Positions 28,301 through 40,700 of a stretch of DNA of 64,000 nucleotides are shown in pieces; the first letter of the stretch is position 1; each line of letters opens with the position of its first letter. Source of the stretch: Phoronis australis (lineage: Eukaryota > Animalia > Phoronida). The stretch spans positions 358,320-422,319 of the forward strand of contig NMRA01000084.1 of the NCBI GenBank assembly GCA_002633005.1, in the 5' to 3' direction. A program made the translations under genes and the position numbers. A model generated the notes under the pieces. That model was not told the origin of the DNA. It saw only the letters and a program-made list of their open reading frames with translations, and did not search any database.

Positions 28301-29216
28301 AGTTAACGTGCCGTTACGTCGTCTTAATTCGTTATCTTTGATAAGAAAAAATCGACGGTATCTAGGACAGCCCCAGTCTTTTTGAAGTCGAATTAATTTA
28401 CCGTCGAGAAAGAGAAAACCTGTTTCTTCAGGGTTATTCTGTTCGCCCGGAGGATGAACGATAGATATTGAGATGTCTCGACTCTCCTTTAACTTCCATC
28501 GATTCTATGGAAATACTAATATTAAAAACAAGAGGCCTGACAGAAGCAGAAAACGGGCGACTCCGTCCTACGTGCACGGATGGAATATGAGGTGGCATTG
28601 TGGTCGGCCGAGTAAACAATCAACGTCGGAGCTAACTTCCGAGTGTCAGGGGTTCTAAGAAATGGGGTTCTTAGCAGCTACCCCACTTGTTCCATTTTCA
28701 ACTGAACTGTGGAAGCAATGTGCAAACTACTTAACCGACTTTACACAGACAGTTTTTGTTGTGTCGGAGTCATGGTGCAAGTGTCTCAGTGCTGCAGCTG
28801 TATATCACTCCAGTTTTTAGCGATAGCCTAGTTTCAGATACAGTGCTTGGTCGTAAAGAGGCCAAGTACCTAACCAACGTATGTCTTCGGACACCGAACT
28901 ATTTTCCAAAATAATATTCAACTCAACACTTCCGGTCTATTTAGAATGTCGATAAAAAGTATAATCAAATTACGCTTTGTCTGAAAAATGAAGTGCGGCT
29001 GCACAGCCGGTCATTTGCAAGCAAACAGTCACTGACAACTTCACAGCGGCCAGTGCGTGGTTTGCAAATGCGTTCATAGATCACACTAATCGTTTTGGGT
29101 GTCATTTTATGACTGTTAGTTATTTTACAACTCTGGTGATCGACAGTCACACACGCATTACGCCATCCATTGCCGGATTACCGTGTAGGATCGTTTTTCT
29201 CATTTTAAGAACTTAC

Positions 29217-29589
29217 CTGAACCGAGATGAACGCGCTTCATCCAAGGGTAGATGACGGGCGGAGGCTGCTGGGACTGCGGACTCGACGACTCCCGTTTGG
29301 CTTCGCTGGAGAGACCGGTTTGGTGCGAAGACGGCGTGTCATAATCGTGCGAGTGAGCACTACTGATGTCCCGGAGACCCGAGGAGGGCAAACAACCATA
29401 GCTCGAGTCCGGTGCATAGTTCTCCTCGCCGTATTGTCGCTGTGCTGTGGAATACGCCGAGTACGTCTGTGCCTGCTGACGATAGTAATCCCCAGCCTGG
29501 GGAATGTAGTTTTGGGCGTATTCCTCGCTTGGGGGAAACTTTGGGTCCGCAAATGGACTTGAGTTCACCAAAAACGAACTCATGATCAT
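29217..29589 (-). CDS. Dfd: Hox4/Deformed, coding exon 1 (124 codons + 1 nt)
   Basis: Translates as MIMSSFLVNSSPFADPKFPPSEEY... (PG4 N-terminal SSFL/DPKFPPxEEY signature) through VIYPWMKRVHLGS (hexapeptide). Ends at a consensus donor TCAG|GTAAGT (GT at 29216-29215). An alternative ATG two codons downstream is at 29583. Confidence 0.96.
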
Positions 29590-29669
29590 AAATTTTGACT
29601 GATATTGGCTGAAAATAATATTTCTCGAGCTTGTCGTCTTTGGGTACAAGGTACCTCCCTGATAGATGC

Positions 29670-29707
29670 CACGTGATGCATGTCAGCCAATCAAATTCCG
29701 TAATTGG
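29670..29707 (-). promoter_or_regulatory. Dfd proximal promoter module: CCAAT boxes plus CACGTG E-box
   Basis: CACGTG 29670-29675, an 11-bp spacer, CCAAT 29687-29691 and ATTGG 29703-29707, located 80-120 bp upstream of the ATG. Resembles the NF-Y/USF module of the vertebrate HOXB4 promoter. Confidence 0.6.
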
Positions 29708-30535
29708 ATTGCATGCCATCCATCAAACGCTGACATTTTGATGTGCGAGAAAAAATTACATTAAATCTATATTAATGTGGGGGAAACAAGCTCACTATTA
29801 CTTCAATTAGTTCAAACATTACTTTCAGACAGCATCGGTCTCTCCGGAATGGTGCCGGGAGACTTTATTTTCGGCACAGTGTTGTTTAGATTGACTCGCT
29901 TTACACGCCGATAACTTGAGAATGAGTTAACTAGTCTAGTTGCAGACAAGATGTGCTGATAAGTGATTTGAATATTTCTGAACTTGAAGTATGGATTCGC
30001 CAAAAATAACCTCAATAAAGAACTTACACCATTAAGACATTTACGTGTATATTGTGTATCGACAACTGAGAGCTCATTTACTAAGCACCCTGTCATGTTC
30101 CATTCAGTCTCTTATTATACGCGACATTCTTCTCAGCATTTTACAATAGACGCCATCCATGTAGGCTATCGGTAGTCGTTATTTTTCGTATTTTGAAGAA
30201 AATGAGAAATCCGAACCTATCGCATTTTATTGCTACAAGAAAGCAACACAACTGTGAAAATATGAACAAGTGGGGATATTGAGGTCCATGTAATTTTCTT
30301 GCTGAGATTGTCTTTTACACAGTCGAGTGTCAGCTGCGACATACGGTAGGCGAACTGATAAACCCAAGATCATTTGTCACTATCTACTTTTCAATACACC
30401 TCACGGCTAAATAAATTATTCCGCACGATGATAAATGATTTTAAATTAACACAAATAGCGACTGATGAAAAATGAAAGTTAAATTCAACAATTCCATTAG
30501 ACCAGGACATGATTAATAGACCCGGCGACAGAGAA

Positions 30536-30583
30536 ACACCGGTGCTTGTAACAATAAAAACACCGGTGCTTGTCACAATAAAA
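30536..30583. repeat. 24-bp tandem duplication (ACACCGGTGCTTGT[A/C]ACAATAAAA x2)
   Basis: Two adjacent copies differing at one position. Confidence 0.92.
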
Positions 30584-31036
30584 TTTTCCAATATTTTCGC
30601 AAGATGGTCTCAAAACTATGACAGTTGGTTATATGGCTGAGGTCCTGATCAGAATGTCGCGTATTGCACAATGTGATAGACGACCAAATATCAACAAATC
30701 CGAGTGTGTTTCAAACTTCCAACATCTGGTATCAATAAACTCGAACGATGAACATAAATTGCACCATAATTATTTACAAAGCTGATTGTTTGTAACGACG
30801 CATTTGAACAAATGCGGGACAGATGTGATTTGTAAGAAAACATAAATCATCAGTCCAAATCTCAACGAATTCTTTAAACGGACCTCGGACTAACGGGGCA
30901 ACCGTGTCTTGGAAAACAACAATAAACAACACAATTACAAAATTCTTTGACCAGTAGTTGTTCCTCTGCGGCGACAGGACATGTCTAGTTGTGGAGACCG
31001 TCAGCGCCTTCTTGTGGGCGCCAGCGAAGTTTATGT

Positions 31037-31120
31037 CCCACTCTACAGCCAACTCTGCAGACGCGAATTTGCAGATTTAGAAACATACAAATTCGGATCT
31101 ACAGGGTAAATGCAAAGGGG
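31037..31120 (-). ncRNA. mir-10: miR-10 hairpin (mature 5p 31108-31087; 3p arm about 31071-31049)
   Basis: Minus strand reads UACCCUGUAGAUCCGAAUUUGU, the canonical miR-10-5p. It pairs with GCAAAUUCGCGUCUGCAGAGUU (19 of 22 positions paired including G:U), with a lower stem CUUUGCA/UGUAGAG. The position just 5' of Hox4 is the conserved bilaterian location. Confidence 0.97.
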
Positions 31121-34100
31121 AAGCGGAGGAATTGCCACAGACTATACACTGAAAAGAGTAAATGCAACCATGGTCTATCGGTAAAATCACATCTCTCTTC
31201 TTTTCCTGAAGCATCCATGTGTTTTGCTTGACACTAATCTTATTAAGGAAACACATAACTGATGGACGAATCTGTCATTCAAACCTCGTTTGTGAACCAC
31301 AGCATTTCAAAATAATTTGAAAGCCAGTGTCTTTTGCTGTAGTAAAAGTGCCACACCCTTCACTTTTCGTGACCCTGTTACACCTTAACCGGAGCTGGTT
31401 CACCTTTGACCACGTGACTGTAGAAAGATATGGTAACTTTTACAAAACTAGTCTTGAGCAGACAGTCTCGTTAGCTGTTCTTACCTTCAATTAATTTGTT
31501 TCAAATTAACGGAATCGAATACTTGTTTAAAACAAAACGGAATATCGAGAACCTTGATTGATGACAGCCCAAAGTTTAAGAAGGAATGTAACAGGTTTAA
31601 TCTACACTTGATAGTTTTAACCGTTTAAACGGTGAAAATGAGGTTAATTGGGTCGGCCATAGATAGTGCCAGCACAACGCCGCAAGATGGCGGCACTGCA
31701 TGAGTAAGGGCATATGACTGACATTGGAAGCGTCTGAATACCCCATTTCCACCACACAATCCTCTCTCCAAGTCACATGACGACAACAAACGTGTGGAAA
31801 ATGCTCTGTAACTGTTACTCATACAGCGATAACATATATAAAACAACTTGTTCGGGTCGGATAGAGAGGTCATCTACAAAATCTGAAAAAGGACTTTGGA
31901 ATGCTTGTCTGCCGACACTGGCTTGTCAATGCGGAGTTTACAGTCACGCGCGTCTGATTTGTTACTACAAGAACCTGTATCAATGTAATATAATATAAGA
32001 GGTCCATTTGAGTGGATTGATTTAAAATGCCGGTGTTACTTCGCGATCAATGCTGAAGACAGGGGGTGTGCTCAAGTGGAGATAACATACATGTTGCTGA
32101 TATCACGCAGAAAGGGGTTGAGCGCAGAAAACGCCAGTCACGCAAGTTATGCCCGTTCCGGCATTGTGAGCAAGATATGGGATTGACATGCTTGGTAAAT
32201 GTATCCAAGATTGATCGCTCTGAATGAGCTAAAACTTAAATTTGTTCTAGTTCATGTTTAGGGAAGGTCGACTGGCAGTAGGCGTGACAAACACCATCCA
32301 CTAGACCGTCCCGGCATTAAAGCATGACGTCAAGTGAACTAACAATTATACAATGCAGGATTAGATTCAACCGCAGCGAAAAAAGAGCAGTGCAGACGTC
32401 ATCGCCCCTAATGAATTCTGCATGGCGTCACTCTGGTTAGCAGGAGCATAAGGAATTTGACATGCCACAGAAAATAGTATACGGGAAAGTTTGCAGATAT
32501 CACACCAGGGTGGTGAGGCAGGTCAGAGCAGGACATCGCTGACATAAGATTCAAATTGAACATCTCTACAGTATTGGGTTACGTTTTTTTTTGTCGAGGA
32601 CGTTTGCCCAAAGAGTTAGCATCCAACACACGACGTTTAATACTCACACCATCACGACGTACGTGCTTCCTCAAGCAAAGAACAATGTCGAATGAGAAAC
32701 TGCCGCTGATTTTTTAACTTTTCTACCCGTACAATAGACATGGCGGGCTTTCTAAGTCCAGACACGCTCTCCCCCAGACGGTTCTAACGACCTATTAGCT
32801 CTTTGCAACTCACACGCATAATGCGTTTTCTTTGTCCACTGGTCTATCGAGGAATAAGCAAGAGACGAATATTCCTGATTTTAAATGCGAAATTTACGAC
32901 TTGCAGTGATGATAAACTATTATAAATTTTACTGCTAGCATTCACTTCGATAAGCTCTTTGAAAAGTTGGTCAATAGCGCTTGTTTGTAATTCCCTAATA
33001 TATCACCAGACGCGATAAGATTAACCGCTATATTACCGGTAAATGTGGAGTTGAAATGATCGTGAACTGTGAAACTGTTATAGCGTAATTAAAACCTTCT
33101 AATTATTGCCTTACAATCAAAGAAATTTTTAAAACGGTTTAAATTTATGGTATCCAGACTACTTCTCAGAACAAAGTTCAAACAGAGCGCACAAGTACAC
33201 TATGTGAGCACTAACTTATAACAGAACACGAAAAAAGGTGGGGAATGAATATGATGAAAAAAAACAGCATTTTATACCCTTTGTTTTTGAAAGTGGAACA
33301 CTGCGCTGCTTAACAGTTTCGACGAAAACGGTATTAGAGGATTTCAACAGACCAATTCTCACCAATTTTTATAAGATTGATCATTTTGTTCAATGAATTG
33401 GCTTTTACAGTTTACTCTTGGGGGAATCTCGCGAAATGGCCTGAGTGTAGAATTGTCGATGTATACTAATCAAGGGGCACAACAAAATAAGTGTGCACAC
33501 GGAAATGGTGAATAAAAGTGGCCTGGGGATGAATTAATCCCATTTGGCTTCAGAAAACATATGTCATTAATCTAAAATACGTATTTAAAGACTAGTGAGC
33601 TGCGGAAACTCGATTAGCTATCGAACAGACCGGAAGAGGCGAGTGGAGCAATGTTGAAAGAATTCACAATTTGGCGCTCAGTGTACATTGCAATCGTTTA
33701 CTGTTCTATAGGTGTCGCTGACATCTGCAGAACAAATATGGAGGACATATGACAACCAACATGACTACAGAAATCTGGTCAGAAAAAAAAAAACGAGAGT
33801 TACAACAGCAACAAAGTGTTGTAAATCTTTTGCTTAACTATATCCTCAAACACAGGACGTTGCATTCATTACTCTAATTTCTTACGCAGATCTTGAGTCG
33901 TTTAAACCAATGTCTTATCGTTTACCCAATTAGTAATAGGATGGGTTTACCATTCGTTCCACCGACAACTTCTCAGTGCTCCAAGAACACTCACGGTATC
34001 TTATCAAGTATAGTTGACTCACCGATAAATGTATAAACAAACAATACTGCTCACACATCAAGCAATTAGTTCCGTTGGGATCGACTGCTCAATTTGTGCA

Positions 34101-34762
34101 ATTAATTCGGAAATGCTGACGGCCGGCAGGATAGAATACTGGCGTGTCGCTTCGTGTGTACTGTGGCTTGTTGTGCGGAGTTTCTGTCAAAACAGGGTTG
34201 TCCAAAATGAGATGATGATTTAGTGAACACACACAATTACTTACTGAAACTTCTCCCGACAAGACTTCATAAAACAACTCCGGTCTACCTGTTGCCACGT
34301 CTTCCAGCACGTCATAAAGAACTTGCTCGTGTAGACAAGGAGGCCATCGTTTCTGTACAGAAACACTTTTTATCTACACGTGACCTACGCGGCCAATGAA
34401 TGTCGCGTACACAATGCGTAACGCAACATTAGTTTCCCACTTTTGGGGTCGAAATGTTACAGGGGTATGAGTCAAACACATTATGTTTAATCACGTTCTA
34501 AATATTATTTTGATCGTGCCGGTCTTGAGTGATCGATCCCGCTCACAGTAAACCGTCTGTCCAAATCAGATGCAGTTGAAAGTAGACATCTACACAGAAT
34601 GTTCAAATTTAAAGGCGTATGGAAATGTTTTTATGATAACTGTTGAGGGTCATAACTATAATCACTAATACAACTACAGCAGAGAAAATAGAAGGTACAA
34701 GACTAGTATGTCACGGCAAGTATCAGAATTTGAACTTTTAAGAGTTTCAAGTTATCCTCAAG

Positions 34763-34779
34763 TGACCTCAAATTGACCT
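34763..34779 (-). promoter_or_regulatory. Perfect DR5 nuclear-receptor element AGGTCA-ATTTG-AGGTCA
   Basis: Plus strand TGACCT CAAAT TGACCT. The match to the consensus is exact; function is unproven. Confidence 0.35.
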
Positions 34780-37700
34780 CGGCTTGTTAAATTAGTGTTC
34801 TATTCGCCTGACCTTTTTAAATACTTATGATTTGAGTATCATGTCTGCTTATTAATCGTGACGGTGAACTATGCAAAATCTGTGGCAATGAAATTCATCT
34901 CAAGAATGCTAAATGCTTTCGGAGATGCGTGCTATGGTACACCGAATGTCGGATTTATAAAAACATCGAGAGATAATGCTAATTTCAAATCCATTTTTTT
35001 GCTTTTATTCCTCATTTTACATTATGGATTCAAATAAATCTCGTTTTCTTACACACTGAAAATAAACAGCAAGGAAGAATTTAGCGTAAACTCGAGGTAC
35101 AGCTTATATTGGTCGCTTTGCACAATGCAGAGGTATTTCGTGCCTTGAATTAATTAGAATGGCGATCTGTGACTACTTATGAATGATTGAACTAAAACAG
35201 AATAATCTGGTGTAGGCATGTGGACTATTCGATTGTTAGACCGGAACTTGGATTACAATTTAATTAATCTTTAGTGCACCCATTTGACAATTTGAGAAAA
35301 AACTGACAAAACGTGATTGCATTTATTGTTGATAAAATAAATTTTAACAAAAACCCCATTAAAATATCATAATGTTCTGGAATGATTTATTCGTCCAAAA
35401 TCGCTGCAAGCTATGAACTTTTATTTACAATTCCACCTGCCTTAATGTTAGTCAAGACATTAAAATTAATTTATTTTCTTTAAAAAGTTTTCCTTATCAA
35501 CGTTTCAAATTGTCTCCAGCTGAAACGTGGCCAATCCAGAAGTGTTTGCTTATAGGATAATTCACGTTGAAACATAATTAAACAACCGCTTATTTCTCGA
35601 TATCCTCACATCACATCATCATCGATTGTTCATTTTTCAAACAACAGCGAGAAGTAACTAGTTAATCTCCGGTACTTCAAAGAACAGTCGAACCATTAGC
35701 GTAATCAGGCGAACACTCGAGTTGAAGTGCGCAGTCAAGTCGCAGTCTCCTCCATTGGTAATGTTCATCTGACCTGATTATAAAAATTGAAATTCGTTCC
35801 ACTCGTATTTGATTGGCAGTTACAACTAGGCACTTTCACAAGTTTTACCACCTTTGGTAAAAACTGAAAATACTTTCATTGGTGTATAGTTTACTCCGAT
35901 TATTGATGCAAAAATGCTGAATTGATAAAGTATGTTTGCGGCAAACATCACAACCTAGGCTGTAATATCATTTCCTTCATTGCCGTTGCCCCCATCGCCG
36001 TTGCCCGGCCACTCTCGCAACCTCTGTCCCTTCGAGAAATTTAATTACGAGCATTTCTTACGTAACACTTACAACGTTGTACAACGGAAGCTGCACATTC
36101 GAAATAGCACTAGTGAATGTGATGAATTTAGATTTGTATGTGACCAGGCCTTGTGATATCCACAACAGGTCTACATGTTGGGAACTGATTAATACCATTA
36201 CAACAAATTATCTTAGAAAAGGACCCGCACTGTAAGCACTATGGAATGTTCGGTCTAGCAAACAACATGCGATAATTCATATTTTGTTACGTCGTTAATT
36301 TTCTACAGACTTGATATTAAATTGTTCACTACTGCAAAAAAAAACTTGCCGAGACGCTGAACAGTGACAAATTATAAATATTCATACTGAAACTAATACT
36401 TCGCAATCCAATTAAATTACCATCATGGCGTTCGGGATTTTGTCAAAAGTGATTAATTCAGATTATATTTATTAGAATTTTTGATTTATTGTAGAATCTT
36501 GAGTATTTTCGTCTATTTAAAACTGTAGCGACAAGTAATCTCGGCACTATTAACTTAACAACATTGCCTTTTTGAAGTAACTCAAATTCATTTGCGCGGT
36601 ATAATCAATGAATTTAGGAACAAACCGTTGTTTTAAGTTAACTAACGAACACACGGGACATTATCCGCCAGGTTTCTTTGGATTGTTTAAGCACTAACTC
36701 TCTGAATAAATGTTGAATATGCATCGAGAAGCATTTTATGCTTGAACTGAAATTGTCTTATACAAGTGGCTGCTTCAAAAAAATCCACGTTCGAGCCAGT
36801 TCAAGACAGATTTCAACAGAATAAATATTTCCCACGTTTTAAAATGTTTTGCAGCGATCATTATGTAATCAATAAAATCAATTCTCAATTGACTATCGAG
36901 GCTAAAGTGTCTTTAACGTTTTATGAGGTTTCCATGAACGTTAAGGACATAAACCCGCATCACCATTTACACACATCGACATACGGGTTTCATTACTTCC
37001 TTGGAATTATAGCAACTTAATTGATCAGTGATACAGTGCGGTGCTGCTTAATCAGTTAAATACTAATTCAATTGACTATTTCTAACGCCAAACAAATTTT
37101 TGTAGTTCGCCCTGACGGTTCCTTTAGCATGGTCATAAAATATTTGTAATTTTCTTTTGGGCTTTTGGTGGCGGAATTGCTTCATCGATCGCAAGTATAT
37201 TGTTCTTAATTTGCATTTAAATCGCATAACATTGGAAGTGCGCTCGTATACTCATGATATAACCGGTTACATGTATCCATACATGTATTCAATCGGAGCT
37301 TTCTATGCGACATAAATATCGTTAACGGACTCAATAACGGAAAAGGCACACGTCTTTGGGAGATCAAGCCTTTAACATTCGCTCTTCAACATTTTGAATT
37401 AACTGAACAATCGTGTTCGTTTATAAAACATAACTTTTTACTTTGTGTCTCCTATTGTTTTTCAACTGTTATTTAACTACAAAGTAATCAAACGAAAAAC
37501 ACTTCTCAGCAGTGTTCAACAACAAATTAAAATTGCATTTTTTCAATATTTTGATATATCAAAACAAAAATGGCTTAGCCTATTGTGTTAATAAAATCGG
37601 TCTTCTAATACTGCTTACCGTGCTAGAACTTGATTTCCGTTACCAACAAGCACACCGAAGGCATGAACGAGTCCGTAAAGCTCTCAATTTTATGGGACTT

Positions 37701-40700
37701 GGCCGAACCTTAGGTTGCGAATCCGAAAATGATACAAGTATGCATTGGCGACTCATTGGGCAATAATTCAGGCTGGAATTACAGATAAGCATAGTCTTGT
37801 TTTACAATCAAAAGGGTTCGGTTAATAATTCGACATTGACAGTGAAGCAGCGATTGAATCCTTGAAGTTTTCGATGCCTTCGTCATTAAATTTTAACGAA
37901 AACAAGGAAAAGATTAAAAAAAACAATTCAACACTTATTTTTACAAAAATATCATTCCAGGTCAAATTGGCAATGAATAATAAAATCCGTGGGTCAGTTT
38001 AATCGTGTTTTGTTATACTTGCACTAGCAATGCACCACGAGATTTTTTATGCGGGTTGAAGACATACGAATAGTGAACCCTCTCAACATCCGAGTAGTGA
38101 CTGGCAATTTGGTTATTTTCTTCAACCTTGAACCCCTCATTAAGAACCTTTTATACTACATATAATATTTGGCAACTTTTAGATTTTGCAAAATTCTATG
38201 TTTTATAACTTTCAGCATTAAGTGAATTCGTAACTCGTATTTGAGAAAAAAGTGTTATTCAATGCATAAATGTCGTTAAAAAATTGCAGTCTAAATTTTC
38301 AGTAACTTTCAAAAAGACAAATATATGCGTCCACAATACAAGAGGTTCACCTAGTAATTCAAGGTTTGACCCTGCACTGCAGTTTATGTGGTTTATCCAA
38401 CCACGTAGTTATTACTTTGTGGCTAACGAGCCGTGCAAAATTGTCGAAACCATGTACGCAAACACTCCCAGTTGACGGAATCTCGTTCAATTTACGTCAA
38501 ACACAATACGTTACATCGTTAAAACAATTGCCTGGTTTATTTGTTTTGTTCTGGCAAATAAGCGCGATGTCGGGTGCCTGAGCTGATGTTATTGTTTATA
38601 GACTGCACTCTGTTTTTTGCAACAATTGCCCAACTCGCAAGGGATTCAAATATTTCCCGCATTGCGTACCGTGGCAATGTATTTGTATCCTCTTTGATTA
38701 AATGGTTTATTTGGTTGTATTTAACTTTAAAATAATAAAATAAAGACAGAAAATGCTAGTGAAGAGCTAAATGTAATCAGTAGTGCAACGCTATGAGAAA
38801 ATTCACAAAAATGAAACCACAAGCGCGTGCACTATTGACATAATGTATATGATAATGTATGTTAATAAAGGTGAAGTTAGCTTATGTATCTAAGAGTGGC
38901 ATTCTCTTGCTGCTGCTATTTGATGGAGAAAAATCTATTATTATTATTATTCGGATTCAGATAGCGTCCAGTAGATCATTTTTCGTTTGCCTTTTGGTAT
39001 CAGTTGAATGCGATTCGGTAAAAAGTGTAATAACACTGAATGTCCATTTTAAAAGGTTTCCTTGAAAAATGGATAACCCACTGGGTATGAGTGGTTGAAA
39101 GTATGTGCCAATTAGGCAACGTTTCGTTTTGAAAAGATGCGTTTTTGAATATTCCATATTATTCGTTCCAAACCAGTTTGGAATGTCTTCAAATAAACTT
39201 AATCACTTGAGTTCGATTTTTCTGTATAGCTTGTATCCAATAGTTGCAGGTCGTGCCATTGCGAAATTAACATAAGATGACCTCTATTTAGTGTCAGTGA
39301 AATAAAATGGTTTAAATTTATGTTTCTTTGACTACTTTTATTTTAAAATTTATCAAAATAGCATATAGACATCTAAAAATGAAATATACCGTGAATGGTA
39401 GCACGTTGTTTTAATTATTGTTCGAGACAGTATTTCAATTGTCCATCAAATTCATGATTATCTAAATTTAGTTTGGTTAACAGTCCCGATTTTTTCCAAG
39501 AGACTATATCGTAAAAAGAAATACGCGATTTAGAAAATTCTTAAGGTGCTCCAATTTCACTGTCAAGCCGAACTTTTGATTTAATTAGATATACGTTTTC
39601 ATTAACAAAAATACAATAAATTGGCGACTTTGACAAGATTTAGCATATACATATACAAAAACATATACACATACATATAGATATATATTTACACACGGTG
39701 TTTTACGAATTGTATTAACATAAAGTTATTGATTTGCGCCACAGTGAGTATGTTCGGGGTGAATGTAATTAGCGGAATTTAATAGCAAATGCAAAAATAT
39801 TTAATTAATGGCTACCTACGATAAATTAATTTACACTAATGATCATAAAAGATCACTTAATATCTAGCAAAACAAAATTAAATCTAAACGCCCACATGAA
39901 CTATTGGGTATTGAACAGTTCTTCAATTCGTCTTACGTTTTCGAAATGCAAACTATCGTTTGCAGCCCAAACAAGATCTCTAAACAGTTGAAACATCAAA
40001 GAGTTCCATATCTTATCGAAACAAACCTTCCAGGTCGCCAGTCTTAAAATTAGCCACATATGTTGCCCGTCGCTCGACAAGAACTTTGACCTTTCTCAGG
40101 GACGCAGATGGAATCCCTTGAGTTGAATACAGCGTTTTTATCATCCATTTATTTACGCCATGATTATACGTCGTATTTCATATAGCAAACAAAACCATTT
40201 TCACAGCACTCTCCGGTATATATTGTGCAATATTATTCATTTTTCTATCTTACACAAAAGTCTGTTTCATCCAAAGTTTGCTTCACAAAAACGGTTTTGA
40301 AATATTTTATCGGTTCTGTTTCTGTAATTAGAGACGACTTTGTAATACCTATAAAACCCACTATTAAAAAATCGCTGCCCCAATTGTCAGTAAGAACCAT
40401 GTAATGTTCAAGTCCCAAAATATACCTAGAATGACTTTTGAGCATGTACGTCACATTGTTAATTCCTTGCACCGGTATCCTTAAATGTTATTTGCGGAAT
40501 CGTAATATGTTTTGCATTTATTACTGAACATCCATATGTCTAACAGCATGCGGCCAGCAAGTCTAGAAAATAGTCTATATTTTGTAACACTATCAATGTA
40601 TCACTACTTCGCTAAGAGAATGAACAATAGACCATTTTAGGTTGGGGGTTTACAAACTTCAGGGAAGTGTGCAAAATCGTCATTTTGCCGCAAAACTAGG

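Larger units (their letters stand above)
15787..29216 (-). other. Dfd: Dfd intron, 13,430 bp, phase 1, GT-AG
   Basis: GTAAGT donor and T-rich/CAG acceptor at the usual Hox intron position between hexapeptide and homeodomain. The frames join correctly. Small internal exons cannot be excluded. Confidence 0.88.

Noticed and set aside
29590-29649. 20-codon N-terminal extension of Dfd in the ORF track
   Set aside because: It relies on a TTG start. Conserved PG4 sequence begins at MIMSSF, so this stretch is 5' UTR.
29227-29719. Overlapping and antisense ORFs on Dfd exon 1
   Set aside because: Shadow frames of a GC-richer coding exon with no recognisable motifs.
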